DNA from: Thermoplasmata archaeon
GTDB taxonomy: Archaea; Thermoplasmatota; Thermoplasmata; RBG-16-68-12; JAFNFQ01
Direction of reading: 5' to 3'
DNA: 24,000 nucleotides
NCBI GenBank assembly: GCA_041489255.1
Contig: JBGPQV010000003.1
Location: 53,448 to 77,447, forward strand
Shown: positions 16,812 through 24,000 of the stretch, in pieces
How the letters are laid out: each line of letters starts with the position of its first letter
Position numbering within the stretch: position 1 is the stretch's first letter
Program-made: the position numbers and the translations under genes
The notes under the pieces: model-generated
Told to the model about the DNA's origin: nothing
Seen by the model: only the letters and a program-made list of their open reading frames with translations
Databases searched by the model: none

Positions 16812-17563
16812 TTCGCACCACCGCAGACCGGGCACTTGGGGTCCCGCTTCCAGTTGTACCTCTGCATCTTCCCCTCCAGGCCATAATAGAGGATGTAAGG
16901 CGCGACTTTGCCGAAGCCAAGGAGGTACTTCAGCGCTTCCTGACACTGCAGGCTCGCGATGATGCCCATGGTTGTGGGAAGCGAAGTGAAGTGGCATGCG
17001 CCGTCTCCGGATTTCTTCAGGTCCGTTGTGCTGTCATCCTTCAAGGCGGGTTTGTTGCAGCGGTAACAGGGCGTCTTGCCGGGGATGATCGAATGCACGG
17101 AGCCGTTGATTCCGTCAAGGGAGGCTCCGCCGTCGATGAGGGGGACCTTCAGCCTCACGCACAGGGAATTAAGGAACAAGCGGACGTGGAACGAGTCGAC
17201 GCATCCGAGGACGAGGTCGGACTCCCTCGCCTCCTTCAGGAGGGCGTCGTAACCCTTGCCGTCGGTGACGTCGTTGGGATAGGTGAGAAGCTCAACGTCG
17301 GAGTTCGCCGCGAGGAGGTACTCCCTGAGCGCGTCCACCTTGAACATGCCTACCTGGTGAGTCCTGTAGATCAGCCTGTTCAGGTTCGCTTCCTCGAGCT
17401 TGTCGAAGTCGAATATCGTCAGGCGCCCGATGCCGCAGCGCGTCATGATCTCCGCGCAGGTCGCGCCGAGGCCGCCGACGCCGACGACGGTCACCTTCTT
17501 CTCCTTCAGCTTCGAGAAGTCCGCGAACGGGAAGATCTTGAGGCGGGCGTATCGCTCAGTCAA
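16808..17563 (-). CDS. UBA5-like E1 ubiquitin-like-activating enzyme (251 aa)
   Basis: VTVVGVGGLGATCAEIMTRCGIGRLTIFDFDKLEEANLNRL, DLVLGCVDSFHVR, CYRC...CPVC zinc ligands, and GACHFTSLPTTMGIIASLQCQEALKYLLGFG. These match remembered human UBA5 segments ([53 protein letters not shown]). TTG start at 17563. Confidence 0.93.
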   Translation of the reverse strand: MTERYARLKIFPFADFSKLKEKKVTVVGVGGLGATCAEIMTRCGIGRLTIFDFDKLEEANLNRLIYRTHQVGMFKVDALREYLLAANSDVELLTYPNDVTDGKGYDALLKEARESDLVLGCVDSFHVRLFLNSLCVRLKVPLIDGGASLDGINGSVHSIIPGKTPCYRCNKPALKDDSTTDLKKSGDGACHFTSLPTTMGIIASLQCQEALKYLLGFGKVAPYILYYGLEGKMQRYNWKRDPKCPVCGGAK

Positions 17564-18026
17564 GCCATCCCTTCCCCCTCATGTCCTTGACCACGCTCTG
17601 CACCCAGTAAGAGACTTCCCTCTTCAGGTAGAGCGCGATGCTGCAGTAGTCGTCCCACCAGTAGTTCTGTTCCATGTGCATGTCGCAGAGCCTCAGCCCG
17701 AGCACGCCATCGTCCACCTTGCGGTCGGTGTAGTTCATCAGCTCGGGAATGCGGCAGGCGGGAGGCGTCTGCGGGTAGGCGTCCTTCAGGACGAGCTCTA
17801 TGTCCCAGGAGTGCGGGCCGTCGAAGACCGTGCCGGTCCAACTAGTCGCCTTGTCCCCCGTCGGGCTGAGGCTGAACCATTTCCCGCCTTCTAGAAACCT
17901 CAGGTACTCCTCGAACCTCCTGAGGGCGTACCTCTCCTCCTTCGCCCTCACGCGCCAGGTTTCGTCCCGCGGCGAAGCTACGGTCGCGCACTGGAGGAAG
18001 TAGAAGAGGTCGTCTTCCTTGGCCAT
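17556..18026 (-). CDS. UFC1-like E2 conjugating enzyme (156 aa)
   Basis: ASPRDETWRVRAKEERYALRRFEEYL...KWFSLSPTGDKATSWTGTV...AYPQTPPACRIPELMNYTDRKVDDGVLGLRLCDMHMEQNYWW. This parallels human UFC1 ([26 protein letters not shown]...DWFRLES...[37 protein letters not shown]), with the candidate catalytic Cys in LRLC. There is no HPN motif. Confidence 0.9.
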   Translation of the reverse strand: MAKEDDLFYFLQCATVASPRDETWRVRAKEERYALRRFEEYLRFLEGGKWFSLSPTGDKATSWTGTVFDGPHSWDIELVLKDAYPQTPPACRIPELMNYTDRKVDDGVLGLRLCDMHMEQNYWWDDYCSIALYLKREVSYWVQSVVKDMRGKGWLD

Positions 18027-18029
18027 GCC

Positions 18030-18275
18030 TCACCCGACGATCGAGGGGTCTATCACGTGGATGTTGGTGCTCCTCTCCGCGATCTCCTTCACCGTGCCGC
18101 CTGGGATCGGCGAGCCGCCGGGGAAGGTCGCGCTGAGCACCGTCGCGTCCTTGTTCTGCCTCTTCGCGGCTAGGACGAAGGCTTCCTGGAAGAGCATGTC
18201 GTCGGGGACCTTGAGGGTGACCACGGGCTTCTCGGCTTCACTTATGAAGATAAAACGCAGGACGACTTGGGGCAT
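18030..18275 (-). CDS. UFM1-like ubiquitin-fold modifier (81 aa), mature C-terminus -VG
   Basis: MPQVVLRFIFISEAEKPVVTLKVPDDMLFQEAFVLAAKRQNKDATVLSATFPGGSPIPGGTVKEIAERSTNIHVIDPSIVG* compared with human UFM1 [83 protein letters not shown](SC). AGGTG lies upstream of the ATG. Confidence 0.9.
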   Translation of the reverse strand: MPQVVLRFIFISEAEKPVVTLKVPDDMLFQEAFVLAAKRQNKDATVLSATFPGGSPIPGGTVKEIAERSTNIHVIDPSIVG

Positions 18276-18303
18276 GAGGCACCTGGGTTTGCCATGCTGG
18301 GCG

Positions 18304-18313
18304 CGATATTAAG
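18304..18313 (-). promoter_or_regulatory. Possible TATA-like box (CTTAATATCG) for the modifier operon
   Basis: AT-rich stretch about 30-38 nt upstream of the 18275 ATG, in the 56-nt gap after the SBBP gene. Confidence 0.3.
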
Positions 18314-18331
18314 GGTTTGTGGTGAGGCGTC

Positions 18332-21076
18332 TCATTGCGGTCCGGTTGGCGGCGGGCGGGGAGGCTGTGTCTTGGATTGTCCCTGATTCGCGTTTTCTTT
18401 TCGGCGACGTTTCATTGTGACGAGGGCCAGAATGACGATAATGACGGCGACAATGGTGGTGGCGAGGAGCCACCAATACTGAATGATGATTTCGAAGAGT
18501 GATGCACTGATCGTGAAGGGGTTGCTTTGCGCCCAACCCTTCATCCCTCCCGTATCTATCACAGTGATGTTCATGACTACATCGTCCGCCTCGATATCCG
18601 GGAGAGTCCATTGGTAATTCTCCTGTCCTTTGAGGGCTTGCGCAACAGAATATGTGATTCCTCCCGTCGAGTAGTTCAGATACACGATGAGGTTTGCATC
18701 TGCATCTTCGTTGTCCTGCATGGACCATGAGATAGTGTGGTCGGAGCCTTTCTCCCAATGCTCGCCACCGGTCGGCGAGGTCATAGTGACAGACGGGGAA
18801 GCGTTCGGCGTGAAGTTCAGCTTGACGACAAACACATCATACGCCGCGTCCAGTGTATCCTTGAAAGCGTGCGGTGTAACAGGGAAGTCCGCCGATCCTG
18901 TGCAACCCGCCACATAGGCGTTGCCCTCAAGGTCCAGGGCGATTGATTCGGGGCGATCGTAGTCGTTGCCGCCCAGATATGTTCCGTAGATGAGAGCGTC
19001 CCCACTTGTGTTGAGTTTCGCGACGAATCCATCCTCGGATGTGTGGGGATTTGTGTCCAATGCACCTGGGGTGACGGGGAAGTCCGGCGAGTTGGTGTAG
19101 CCTGCCACATAGGCATTTCCCGCTGAATCCAGAGCTATCGAAAACCCATATTCGTCTTGTTCGCCGCCAAGAAGAGTCGAGTAGACCAGCGAACTGCCCG
19201 TCTCTTCAAGCTTTAGGACGAACGCATTTGCGCGTGAATTGTGAACTGACTCCTGGAAAGCGCCCGCGGTGACGGGGAAATCATACGAACCCGAGTGGCC
19301 TGTTATATAGACACTCCCGAAGGGGTCCACGGCGATGGATCTGCCTTCATCCCAATCATCGCCGCCGATGTAGGTTCCGAAAACCAAAGGACCTCCTATT
19401 GTGTCGAGCTTCACGACGAACGCGTCCTGCTCGCCACCCCAGGTTTCGTCGAAAGATCCTGATGTAACGGGGAAGTCGGGCGAATTCGCTGCACCGGTCA
19501 CAAAGGCATTTCCGGCAGAGTCGACTGCAATCGAATGAGCCCATTCGAATTCGCCACTGCCGCCGAAATAGGTTGCATAGAGCAGAGAGTCGCACGTCGG
19601 GTCCAGTTTCGCGACAAAGAGGTCATCCGCCCCATTCATGGCGATGTCGTATGCATTTGATGTGACGGGGAAGTCGCTAGAATTCGTCCATCCGGCTACA
19701 TAGGCATTTCCAGAGGAGTCAACTGCAACAGAGACGCCGTATTCAGCACCGCCACCGCCAAGAAAAGTCGAATAGAAAAGTGTATCTCCTGTCGGACCGA
19801 GCTTGGCTAGGAATGCGTCAGACGTTCCATTTAGAGTCGTGTCGAAAATGCCCGAGGTCACTGGGAAATCCGAGGATTCTGTCCGGCCGGTCAGGTAGGC
19901 ATATCCAGCGGAGTCCAAGGTTATAGAGCCGCTTGACTCTCCAGAGCTGCCCCCCAGATAAGTTCCATAGACGAGGGAGCCCCCGTCTGAGCTTAGCTTC
20001 ACCACGAGTATATCCCTAGAACCGTCGAACGTAGTGTCGAATGCGCCGGGGGTAACAGGGAAGTCCGGAAAAGTAGTTTCAAGCGCTACGTACGCGTGTC
20101 CGGTCGAGTCCACGGCAATGGCATCACGGATGGTCAGCATAGGAGTGCCACCGAGAAACGTCGCGTACACCAAAGGATCTATTATCAGAGGGGCGAAATC
20201 ATCGATGCCAGCACAGCCCAAGCCATAAGATTCACCCGTATGGAGTGTAAAAAAGCAGTCCACTGGTCTACCCTGTTGATATGCGATGGGGGCCGTGTCT
20301 CTGATGTCCCCTACGGCGGTGTGGATTAGGATATCACCCTTCGAATCTGACGAAAGGCCGAGTATTCCCTCATAGGACATGACGATGGTCCCCGGGTTTT
20401 TTCCGGGATCGAGTGCAAGATCGTATTTCACGCCATTTTCTGTCATGCGATAGATCAGATCAATGCCGTCGTACAGATCATCGTAGGCTATCTCTCGGAA
20501 ACTCTTCACGTTTTGTCGCCACTTGGCCGGATCGCTTCCGATGAAGAAGTTGCTCATGAAAGACAATGGTTCGCGGCCTTTCGGCACGACCGTGTTCGCG
20601 CCCCCGAAGCTCAGGCGGACAAGTGCACCCTGAGGGGCGGCTTCTTGAGAAGAAGAGCGCAAGGAGAATTCCTCTATAGAAGGCTCAATGGCGGGCGTAG
20701 GCTCCCTCTCGACCATCTTGATCAGGACTGAACTCTCCCCGAAGCCCATCTGGACGTCACCAAGGTCCGTGTAAAAGAGTACGTCCCGATTGTCGAGCTG
20801 CCCTGCATTCTCCACAAAATAACCGGCGGGCAATGATGTCATCGTCCCCTTTAGCCCTGCCTGGATTTGAGCACCTGAATTGTTCATTCCTCCAGTGTCT
20901 CGCGACGTTGCAGGCAACAGGCTGGCAAGCAACATCGCGCAGCAGAAGACTACGCCAAATCGCAAGCATTCCCGACTTGGTCTCTCCGTGGAACCACCAG
21001 ACGGTCGATGTAGCAGGCGACTGATAAACATTCGGGACGGAACGATGCGCCTGATTGCCCGGTCCAGAAGATTCAC
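18332..21076 (-). CDS. SBBP (beta-propeller) repeat surface protein with C-terminal TM anchor (914 aa)
   Basis: N-terminal FVENAGQLDNRDVLFYTD region, then seven repeats of the type YSTFLGGGGAEYGVSVAVDSSGNAYVAGWTNSSDFPVT. These are followed by an Ig/Fn-like segment (VTMTSPTGGEHWEKGSDHTISWS) and WWLLATTIVAVIIVILALVTMKRRRK. GTG start at 21076, or ATG at 21031. Confidence 0.92.
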   Translation of the reverse strand: MNLLDRAIRRIVPSRMFISRLLHRPSGGSTERPSRECLRFGVVFCCAMLLASLLPATSRDTGGMNNSGAQIQAGLKGTMTSLPAGYFVENAGQLDNRDVLFYTDLGDVQMGFGESSVLIKMVEREPTPAIEPSIEEFSLRSSSQEAAPQGALVRLSFGGANTVVPKGREPLSFMSNFFIGSDPAKWRQNVKSFREIAYDDLYDGIDLIYRMTENGVKYDLALDPGKNPGTIVMSYEGILGLSSDSKGDILIHTAVGDIRDTAPIAYQQGRPVDCFFTLHTGESYGLGCAGIDDFAPLIIDPLVYATFLGGTPMLTIRDAIAVDSTGHAYVALETTFPDFPVTPGAFDTTFDGSRDILVVKLSSDGGSLVYGTYLGGSSGESSGSITLDSAGYAYLTGRTESSDFPVTSGIFDTTLNGTSDAFLAKLGPTGDTLFYSTFLGGGGAEYGVSVAVDSSGNAYVAGWTNSSDFPVTSNAYDIAMNGADDLFVAKLDPTCDSLLYATYFGGSGEFEWAHSIAVDSAGNAFVTGAANSPDFPVTSGSFDETWGGEQDAFVVKLDTIGGPLVFGTYIGGDDWDEGRSIAVDPFGSVYITGHSGSYDFPVTAGAFQESVHNSRANAFVLKLEETGSSLVYSTLLGGEQDEYGFSIALDSAGNAYVAGYTNSPDFPVTPGALDTNPHTSEDGFVAKLNTSGDALIYGTYLGGNDYDRPESIALDLEGNAYVAGCTGSADFPVTPHAFKDTLDAAYDVFVVKLNFTPNASPSVTMTSPTGGEHWEKGSDHTISWSMQDNEDADANLIVYLNYSTGGITYSVAQALKGQENYQWTLPDIEADDVVMNITVIDTGGMKGWAQSNPFTISASLFEIIIQYWWLLATTIVAVIIVILALVTMKRRRKENANQGQSKTQPPRPPPTGPQ

Positions 21077-21170
21077 TCGGGTTATTGTTGATGGCGACGT
21101 TCATCTGGGAATGCGAAGGCATATGTCCGACTATCGACATTCGAATTCAATCATTTGGAGGCAGTCGAAC

Positions 21171-23090
21171 ATGGCATTAACCAATTCGCCGCGAATCGAG
21201 TCGCTGTTATCCGCCCGCTTGTTCATGGACCCCCAGGTCGTCGGGAACCGCATCTTCTTCATCAGCAATATGAGCGGCCAGATGAGCCTCTACGCGATGG
21301 ACCGTGGCGGGAGCGTCCCCGAGCCGCTCATCCCGCCGGACATCGCCATGCAGAACCCGATGCTCATCGGCGGCTACTCCTATTGCGTGCTCCCCAAGCT
21401 CGGCAAGATAGTCCTCATGCTCGATCGGCATGGAGACGAGAACTACCAGCCAGTGGTCGTCCCCATCGATGGCGGCTATCCGGAACCGATCTTCAGCAAT
21501 GAGCTTGCGGATAAGCGCGTTCACATGGACGCGCCGGACATGAAACGGAACATCGTTTACTTCCCGACGGAGTCACGCAAGGAGCAGATGATCTACACCT
21601 ACCAGGCAGACCTCAGGAGGATGAAGTTGCGGCTCATGGGGAAGGGCACTTGGGGGCCATGGCTTGACACCGCAAACGAGACGCACGACAGAGCCGTCCT
21701 CATCGACGGGTACACGGCGGCGGATAACGTGCTCTACCTGTGGGAGAAGGGGGCGAAAGAGCGCAGGCTGCTGTACGGCAAGCCGATCGAGGAACGAAAG
21801 GAGGGTGAGATTGTCCCCTTGAACGGCATCAGCAATAGTCAGTTCATAGAGGACGACCGAGGCCTCATCTTCATCACGTATCTGTTCGACGACGCTGGCG
21901 GGCTCGGGTACATCGACCTTGCGAAACCCGAGAAGATAACGCCCGTGGCGGTGAAAGGGACTGTCCACGAAGGGAGAGGAATGCTCGAGTCTCTGCATCA
22001 TCTCGAAGAGGACCGGTATTCGCTGTGCTACAACATCGACGGGTGCTCATGGCTATATGAAGGGACGTACCACACCGCCGCCAAGGAGATGAGGATTGAA
22101 GCTACCGTGTGCGGCACCGTAGGACTATCCAGCGGGATGCTGCAGTCTCACCGTTATGATAAGGCAAGGAAGCGTTGGGCTCTCACATACTCTACCGCCA
22201 CATCGCCGGCTCAGATCTACACGGTCGAGGGGAAGGAACGCAAGGTGACGAGGCAGACGAACGAGCGAGTCCTCGCAATCCCGCCGGAACTGCTCTCACC
22301 GGGCGAGGATGCGTCGTATGAGTCGTTCGACGGCACTCGCGTTTCTGCACGTCTCTACCATCCCCCCGCCTCGCTCGGTTTCGAGGGAATGCGGCCGCTC
22401 GTCTACTACGTACATGGAGGGCCGCAGAGCCAGGAGAGGCCTGACTTCGCTTGGTTCTCAATGCCCCTGATACAGTTCCTCGCAATGAACGGGTTCGCCA
22501 TATTCGTGCCCAATGTCAGGGGGAGCTCGGGGTACGGGCTGAACTACATGAAGCAGGTGGACAAGGACTGGGGCGGGAAGGACAGGCTGGACCACGTGCA
22601 CGCGATGACGAAGGTGCTGCCCAAGGACAGGAGGCTGGACGTGTCGAGGGCGGCGGTGGTCGGCCGCTCATATGGCGGCTACATGACGCTGACTTTGGCA
22701 GCGAGGCACCCGGACCTCTGGGCAGCGGCCTGCGACATGTTCGGTCCGTACGACCTGATCAAGTTCTACGACAGGATTCCGGAGACATGGAAACCCACTT
22801 TCGCTCTGACGATGGGGGATCCGGTGAAGGACCGCGATTTCTTCATCGAGCGGTCTCCGAAGACATACATCGAGAACGTCTCGTGCCCCCTTCTCGTCAT
22901 CCAGGGCAAGAACGACCCCAGGGTCGTGGAGAAGGAATCGATGGATCTAGTTGAACAGCTGCGTTCGAAGGGGAAGGATGTGGAGTTCCTTGTGTTCGAG
23001 GATGAGGGGCATGACGTCATCAAGTTCCCCAACAAGGTCAGGTGCTACAACACGATCAAGGAGTTCTTCACGAGTAGATTGAAGCCGTGA
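21171..23090 (+). CDS. S9-family prolyl oligopeptidase-type serine peptidase (639 aa)
   Basis: VVGRSYGGYMTLTLAARHPDLWAAACDMFGPYDL...VIQGKNDPRV...DEGHDVIKF gives the Ser/Asp/His triad. ATG at 21171 is preceded by TTTGGAGG; the 20880 start adds 97 implausible residues. Confidence 0.95.
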   Translation: MALTNSPRIESLLSARLFMDPQVVGNRIFFISNMSGQMSLYAMDRGGSVPEPLIPPDIAMQNPMLIGGYSYCVLPKLGKIVLMLDRHGDENYQPVVVPIDGGYPEPIFSNELADKRVHMDAPDMKRNIVYFPTESRKEQMIYTYQADLRRMKLRLMGKGTWGPWLDTANETHDRAVLIDGYTAADNVLYLWEKGAKERRLLYGKPIEERKEGEIVPLNGISNSQFIEDDRGLIFITYLFDDAGGLGYIDLAKPEKITPVAVKGTVHEGRGMLESLHHLEEDRYSLCYNIDGCSWLYEGTYHTAAKEMRIEATVCGTVGLSSGMLQSHRYDKARKRWALTYSTATSPAQIYTVEGKERKVTRQTNERVLAIPPELLSPGEDASYESFDGTRVSARLYHPPASLGFEGMRPLVYYVHGGPQSQERPDFAWFSMPLIQFLAMNGFAIFVPNVRGSSGYGLNYMKQVDKDWGGKDRLDHVHAMTKVLPKDRRLDVSRAAVVGRSYGGYMTLTLAARHPDLWAAACDMFGPYDLIKFYDRIPETWKPTFALTMGDPVKDRDFFIERSPKTYIENVSCPLLVIQGKNDPRVVEKESMDLVEQLRSKGKDVEFLVFEDEGHDVIKFPNKVRCYNTIKEFFTSRLKP

Positions 23091-23293
23091 GTGATCGTGG
23101 CCTGATCGCTGGCCAGACAGACCCGCTCTGAACCCCGCTGTGAACCGCCATCCTGACAAGGTTCTCTCGGCAGCGGATCGTCCATTGAGCCTACAGTTGA
23201 TCCGGCAAGAAGATACATCGGGTGGATGCCCATCTTCGAGGTTTATTGTCAGACTCTCCGGGCAGACCGGCCCAGCACGAATATGAAAAAATA

Positions 23294-23322
23294 AGGCCGT
23301 CCGCAATTATGGAGGACGGCCT
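23294..23322 (-). terminator. Intrinsic-terminator-like hairpin for the 23380-23598 gene
   Basis: AGGCCGTCC (23294-23302) and GGACGGCCT (23314-23322) form a 9-bp perfect stem. Read on the minus strand it is followed by TATTTTTTC. Confidence 0.75.
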
Positions 23323-23379
23323 CGTTGTGGAGGGATGCTTGTGCGATTATATCGCGAACCTGCTGAAGTAGATTGCGGT

Positions 23380-23598
23380 TCATTCTTGGGACTTCTCAAC
23401 GTCAGTTTGACGTTTCCAGACTGACCTGATGACAGACACGAGGAGGCCCGCTGCAAGCATGGTGCAGTCCACGCCCGTGCCCCAACCGATCAGAGGCGGG
23501 ATCCTGAGAGGCTCGAACGAGAGGGAGAGGATGCCCGTGGCGGCCTCTATAAGAACGAAGGGTAATGCCGTGAGAACGAAGGACTTCATCACCGCCAT
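23380..23598 (-). CDS. Small membrane protein (72 aa)
   Basis: Two hydrophobic segments (SFVLTALPFVLIEAATGILSL; IGWGTGVDCTMLAAGLLVSVIRSV) and a charged tail, with a hairpin terminator about 60 nt downstream. Confidence 0.65.
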   Translation of the reverse strand: MAVMKSFVLTALPFVLIEAATGILSLSFEPLRIPPLIGWGTGVDCTMLAAGLLVSVIRSVWKRQTDVEKSQE

Positions 23599-23714
23599 CT
23601 TGTCATTCCCGCCCGTTTGCGTGTTCTTTCACTGACATTCCTATGATGGTGCTTTCCTTGCTCGCACGGCCATCCAGCCTCCCGGTCTCCGGTGTGGCGG
23701 TTACTGAGGCATTT

Positions 23715-24000
23715 CTAGCAGCAAGGCACATGCCAGTCCTGGTCATCGGACAGCAGGACCCAGTACGCCGAGCCGGGGCACATGTTGGTCGTCGCCCACT
23801 CTGAAATCTCAATCCTCCTCAAGTTGTATGAGGTTGCGCCGCCGTCATAGACCTCGATCGCGCGCAAGCCGGAGACCTGCGCGGCGAAGTCCGCGAAAGT
23901 GTACGTCTCGTTGAAGGAGGGGAAGCCGATCAAGTTCCAGCCCGCCCTCAGCTCGACCACGATGCTCTCCGGGACCAGCCCGGCGATTGTCATCGTACCG
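23715..24000 (-). CDS. C-terminal end of a surface protein gene truncated by the window edge
   Basis: The frame stays open to the window end (...GTMTIAGLVPES). IVVELRAGWNLIGFPSFNE...AIEVYDG...MCPGSAYWVLLSDDQDWHVPCC* resembles the GWNLIGxPS...PGxxYWV...W.V tail found at the C-terminus of archaeal secreted proteins. Confidence 0.75.
   Translation of the reverse strand, partial: GTMTIAGLVPESIVVELRAGWNLIGFPSFNETYTFADFAAQVSGLRAIEVYDGGATSYNLRRIEISEWATTNMCPGSAYWVLLSDDQDWHVPCC

Noticed and set aside
15852-16997. 381-aa version of the JAMM ORF starting at 16997
   Set aside because: The first 62 residues overlap the E1 gene in another frame and look like out-of-frame translation. GTG at 16811 overlaps the E1 stop and starts right before the JAMM domain.
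16991-17590. 199-aa plus-strand ORF antisense to the E1 gene (also 16395-16886 and 16558-16962)
   Set aside because: Shadow ORFs of GC-rich real genes on the opposite strand. The minus strand carries clear UBA5-like and JAMM motifs.

Overview
This is an archaeal-type window: Shine-Dalgarno-led genes, PKD, SBBP and TSP3-like surface proteins, and a UBA5-type E1. Two loci stand out. (1) A tightly overlapped four-gene operon on the minus strand (about 15.85-18.28 kb) encodes what looks like a complete UFM1-like protein-conjugation system. It has a UFM1-like ubiquitin-fold protein that already ends in -VG, a UFC1-like E2, a UBA5-like E1, and a JAMM metallopeptidase in place of the UfSP cysteine protease. 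A multi-zinc-ribbon protein is encoded convergently next to it. (2) A minus-strand locus (about 3.1-14.0 kb) looks like an archaeal polymorphic toxin/immunity system. A roughly 2867-aa PKD/TSP3-like surface protein has a hydrophobic segment and a small C-terminal domain that I infer to be a toxin tip. It is followed by three tandem paralogous 181-aa proteins. Each starts exactly 16 nt after an upstream stop codon, and one is preceded by a truncated duplicate of the giant protein's C-terminal tip. An IS5-family-like insertion sequence with 17-bp terminal inverted repeats and an exact 8-bp target duplication sits just upstream of the giant gene. Other genes are a PKD surface protein, a seven-repeat SBBP protein with a C-terminal TM anchor, an S9 prolyl-oligopeptidase-type peptidase, a small membrane protein, and a truncated surface-protein gene at the right edge. 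All assignments were made by eye from the sequence, and no database search was run.
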